Position numbers and translations under genes: made by a program. DNA of 63,599 bases, the filler included, from Collodictyon triciliatum (taxonomy: Eukaryota): NCBI GenBank assembly GCA_043381765.1. It is 7 parts of 7 records of this genome, joined end to end, with 100 filler letters (N's around TTAATTAATTAA, not from the genome) between each part and the next. Parts side by side here need not be neighbours in the genome. Positions count along the whole stretch, not along the records: positions 61,318 to 63,599 come from JBHJMP010002359.1; 6 more parts are not named here. One strand, written 5' to 3'. Of this stretch, positions 61,443-63,599 are shown piece by piece. The notes under the pieces are model-generated. The model did no database searches, was not told where the DNA came from, and saw only the letters and a program-made list of their open reading frames with translations. The number at the start of each line of letters is the position of its first letter. Within the stretch, counting starts at the first letter, position 1.

Positions 61443-63599
61443 ATGGACGGAATCGCATTCGAGCCACTCAACGCAACAATCTTCGACGCGCCGCCGCCGC
61501 TCCTTCCCGACCCAACGGAGGCGCTTATCGGGCGCTTCTTTGCTGACAACGACCCTGGGAAAATCAACCTGGGAATCGGAGCGTATCGCACAGACGAGCG
61601 TCTCCCCTACAAACTCCCGTCGGTTCTGAAGGTTGGTAGTGCTCCGGCTTGAATAACCACGACCCGAAAACAGCTTCTTCAAGCAAACAGACTCTTGTCT
61701 TTTTGTATTTATGTGCTCAAGCAGAAGAGATTCCATTCTATGTTAAATAATCTGCTGACATTTTTGCATGTTATGTGAAAACAGGCGGAGAAGGCTGTGG
61801 TGTCCCAAGAGCTTACCAAAGAGTATCTTCCATTCCACGGTCTTGCCGAATTCACCAGCGCCAGCATTCAGTTTTGTCTGGGAGAAGATGCCGCCCCAAT
61901 TGTGGAGCAACGAGTGAGCTTCTTTGAATAGCTTTTTCTTCACTCATTTCAATATTTGACAACCAACAAATGGTTCTATGTTCTTCACGACAAAACAAAT
62001 ATTCCATATCTGTGCTTCCAAGATATTCACTGTCGGTTGGATAGGTTTGCAGTTTCCAAACCATTTCGGGCACGGGCGCGCTCCGCATCGGGGCCGAGTT
62101 TCTCGAGGACTTTTTCCCTCTGGCTGACTGGTACATCCCTGACCCGTCCTGGGGTGAGTATTCTATCCGCTAATCATGGCGGCGCTAAACTTATGGTGAC
62201 TGACAGGTTATAAATCGTTGGCTTGATATCTGACCGTCGAACAACAATGATGTAGTGAATCACGCTTCGCTTTTCCGCCGAGTGGGAATCAAAGTCAAGA
62301 ACTACCGCTATCTAAACAGGGCCGACATGACCATCGACATGGAGGGCTTATTGCAAGACTTAGAGGTCAGTTGGTCGAGCCTAAACATTCCTCATTCACA
62401 TTCTTCCCAACCACCACAATCCCTGCTAGGATTTGAAAGCAGGCTCCACTATCTTCTGGTATGGTCACGCCTGAAATTAGTCTATCACGACCTAGTGCGC
62501 TGCCGACGGCTCCATTGTGCTGCTCCATCTATGCGCCCACAACCCAACTGGCGTAGACCTGTCAAACAAACAATGGGATGCAATTTGCGCACTCTTTCAG
62601 GTTTGGAGGCAACTACATTTATACAACGTTTTTTCTACTTTCACGAAATAGCCATCATCAGTCAAAATACTTGAAGTGGTGTTAAGATTTGGCACTTTAA
62701 TACAGAGAAAGAAGCTGTTTGCCTTCTTTGACGCCGCGTATCAGGGCTTTGCCTCAGGAGACCCAGTTGCCGATTCATACGGAGCTCGCGCCTTTGCGGA
62801 CGCTGGACTTGAGTTTGCGGTTGCGCAGTCATACTCAAAAATTGCCGGGCTTTATGGTGAGTAGAGTCTCAATCTCAACTTATCTTTCACTTTGGAGCAA
62901 CTGGGAATTATGCATGACGAGTGGTTGGTTTCGCCTAGGGGAAAGAGTCGGTTGTTTGAGTGTCGTGTGCAAGACGAAAGAATCCGCCGGCGTCGTCTAT
63001 CAACAGATCAAGAACGTTGTCCGGTTCATGTATCTGTCTCCGCCATCGCACGGTGCCAGAGTGATGTACACTGTATTATCCACACCGGAGCTTCGCAAGC
63101 ATGGTACGCAACTTCACACACATGACTTGTAACTGTCACGGAAAGCTTGTTTGCGTGGTTCACTATTCAGACGACTCGTTTCTGACTGGTGGATGGGTTT
63201 ATGCAGGCTCTCTGAGTTGTCCTCGATGGTTGAGCGCATGAACGGGGTCAGAAGAGAGCTCGTCGATCAAATCAGGAGCAGCAAGATTGCAGCAGACTTT
63301 AGCCACATCGAGCGGCAGGTCGGGATGTTTGCGTTCACGGGTCTCACGGTTGACAAGGTAAACTGCATACTTCCTCTCTCAAACCAGGCGGCGTCTCTGA
63401 CTCGCCAGTACATTAACGCGCGCTATGCTCGCGATGCCCTATTCCTGCATCAAAGAGTGTGCGGACGTAAGGCATATCTGCCTGATTCAAGGAGGCTAAG
63501 CACACCCACTATCTATGAGCAGATTCGCGAGCTCCAAAGCCACCACCACATCTACATGTCAGACGACGGCCGCATCAGCATCGCAGGCCTTTCGTCCCT
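61443..63599 (+). CDS. Aspartate aminotransferase (class I PLP, GOT/AspC family), runs off window end
   Basis: [73 protein letters not shown] (PLP Lys), [10 protein letters not shown] and DGRISIAGL. Confidence 0.93.

Overview
AT-rich, intron-dense eukaryotic nuclear DNA, probably from a protist (organism not identifiable from sequence alone). It is a draft scaffold whose contigs are joined by N-runs, six of them carrying an artificial TTAATTAATTAA spacer, and microsatellites are abundant in introns and at contig ends. By tracing splice phases manually I reconstructed about 16 genes or gene fragments: a small secreted Cys protein, a kinesin-8, NIPA/ZC3HC1, a ZIP transporter tail, a WD40 protein, an LRR-polycystin/TRP-SPRY channel, a NACHT-like/TPR protein, ALG9, WDR27 (with several reading-frame lesions), an LRR multi-TM receptor, a WDR90-like tail, a DOMON/EGF cytochrome b561, a protein O-mannosyltransferase, an mRNA-capping guanylyltransferase and an aspartate aminotransferase. 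The most interesting items are the chimeric channel architecture, 16 one-repeat-per-exon LRR cassettes, an apparently pseudogenised WDR27, a MIR-less PMT, the tandem DOMON-EGF reductase and several GC-AG introns. All family calls rest on motif recognition, not database searches. No RNA genes, CRISPR arrays or transposases were seen.
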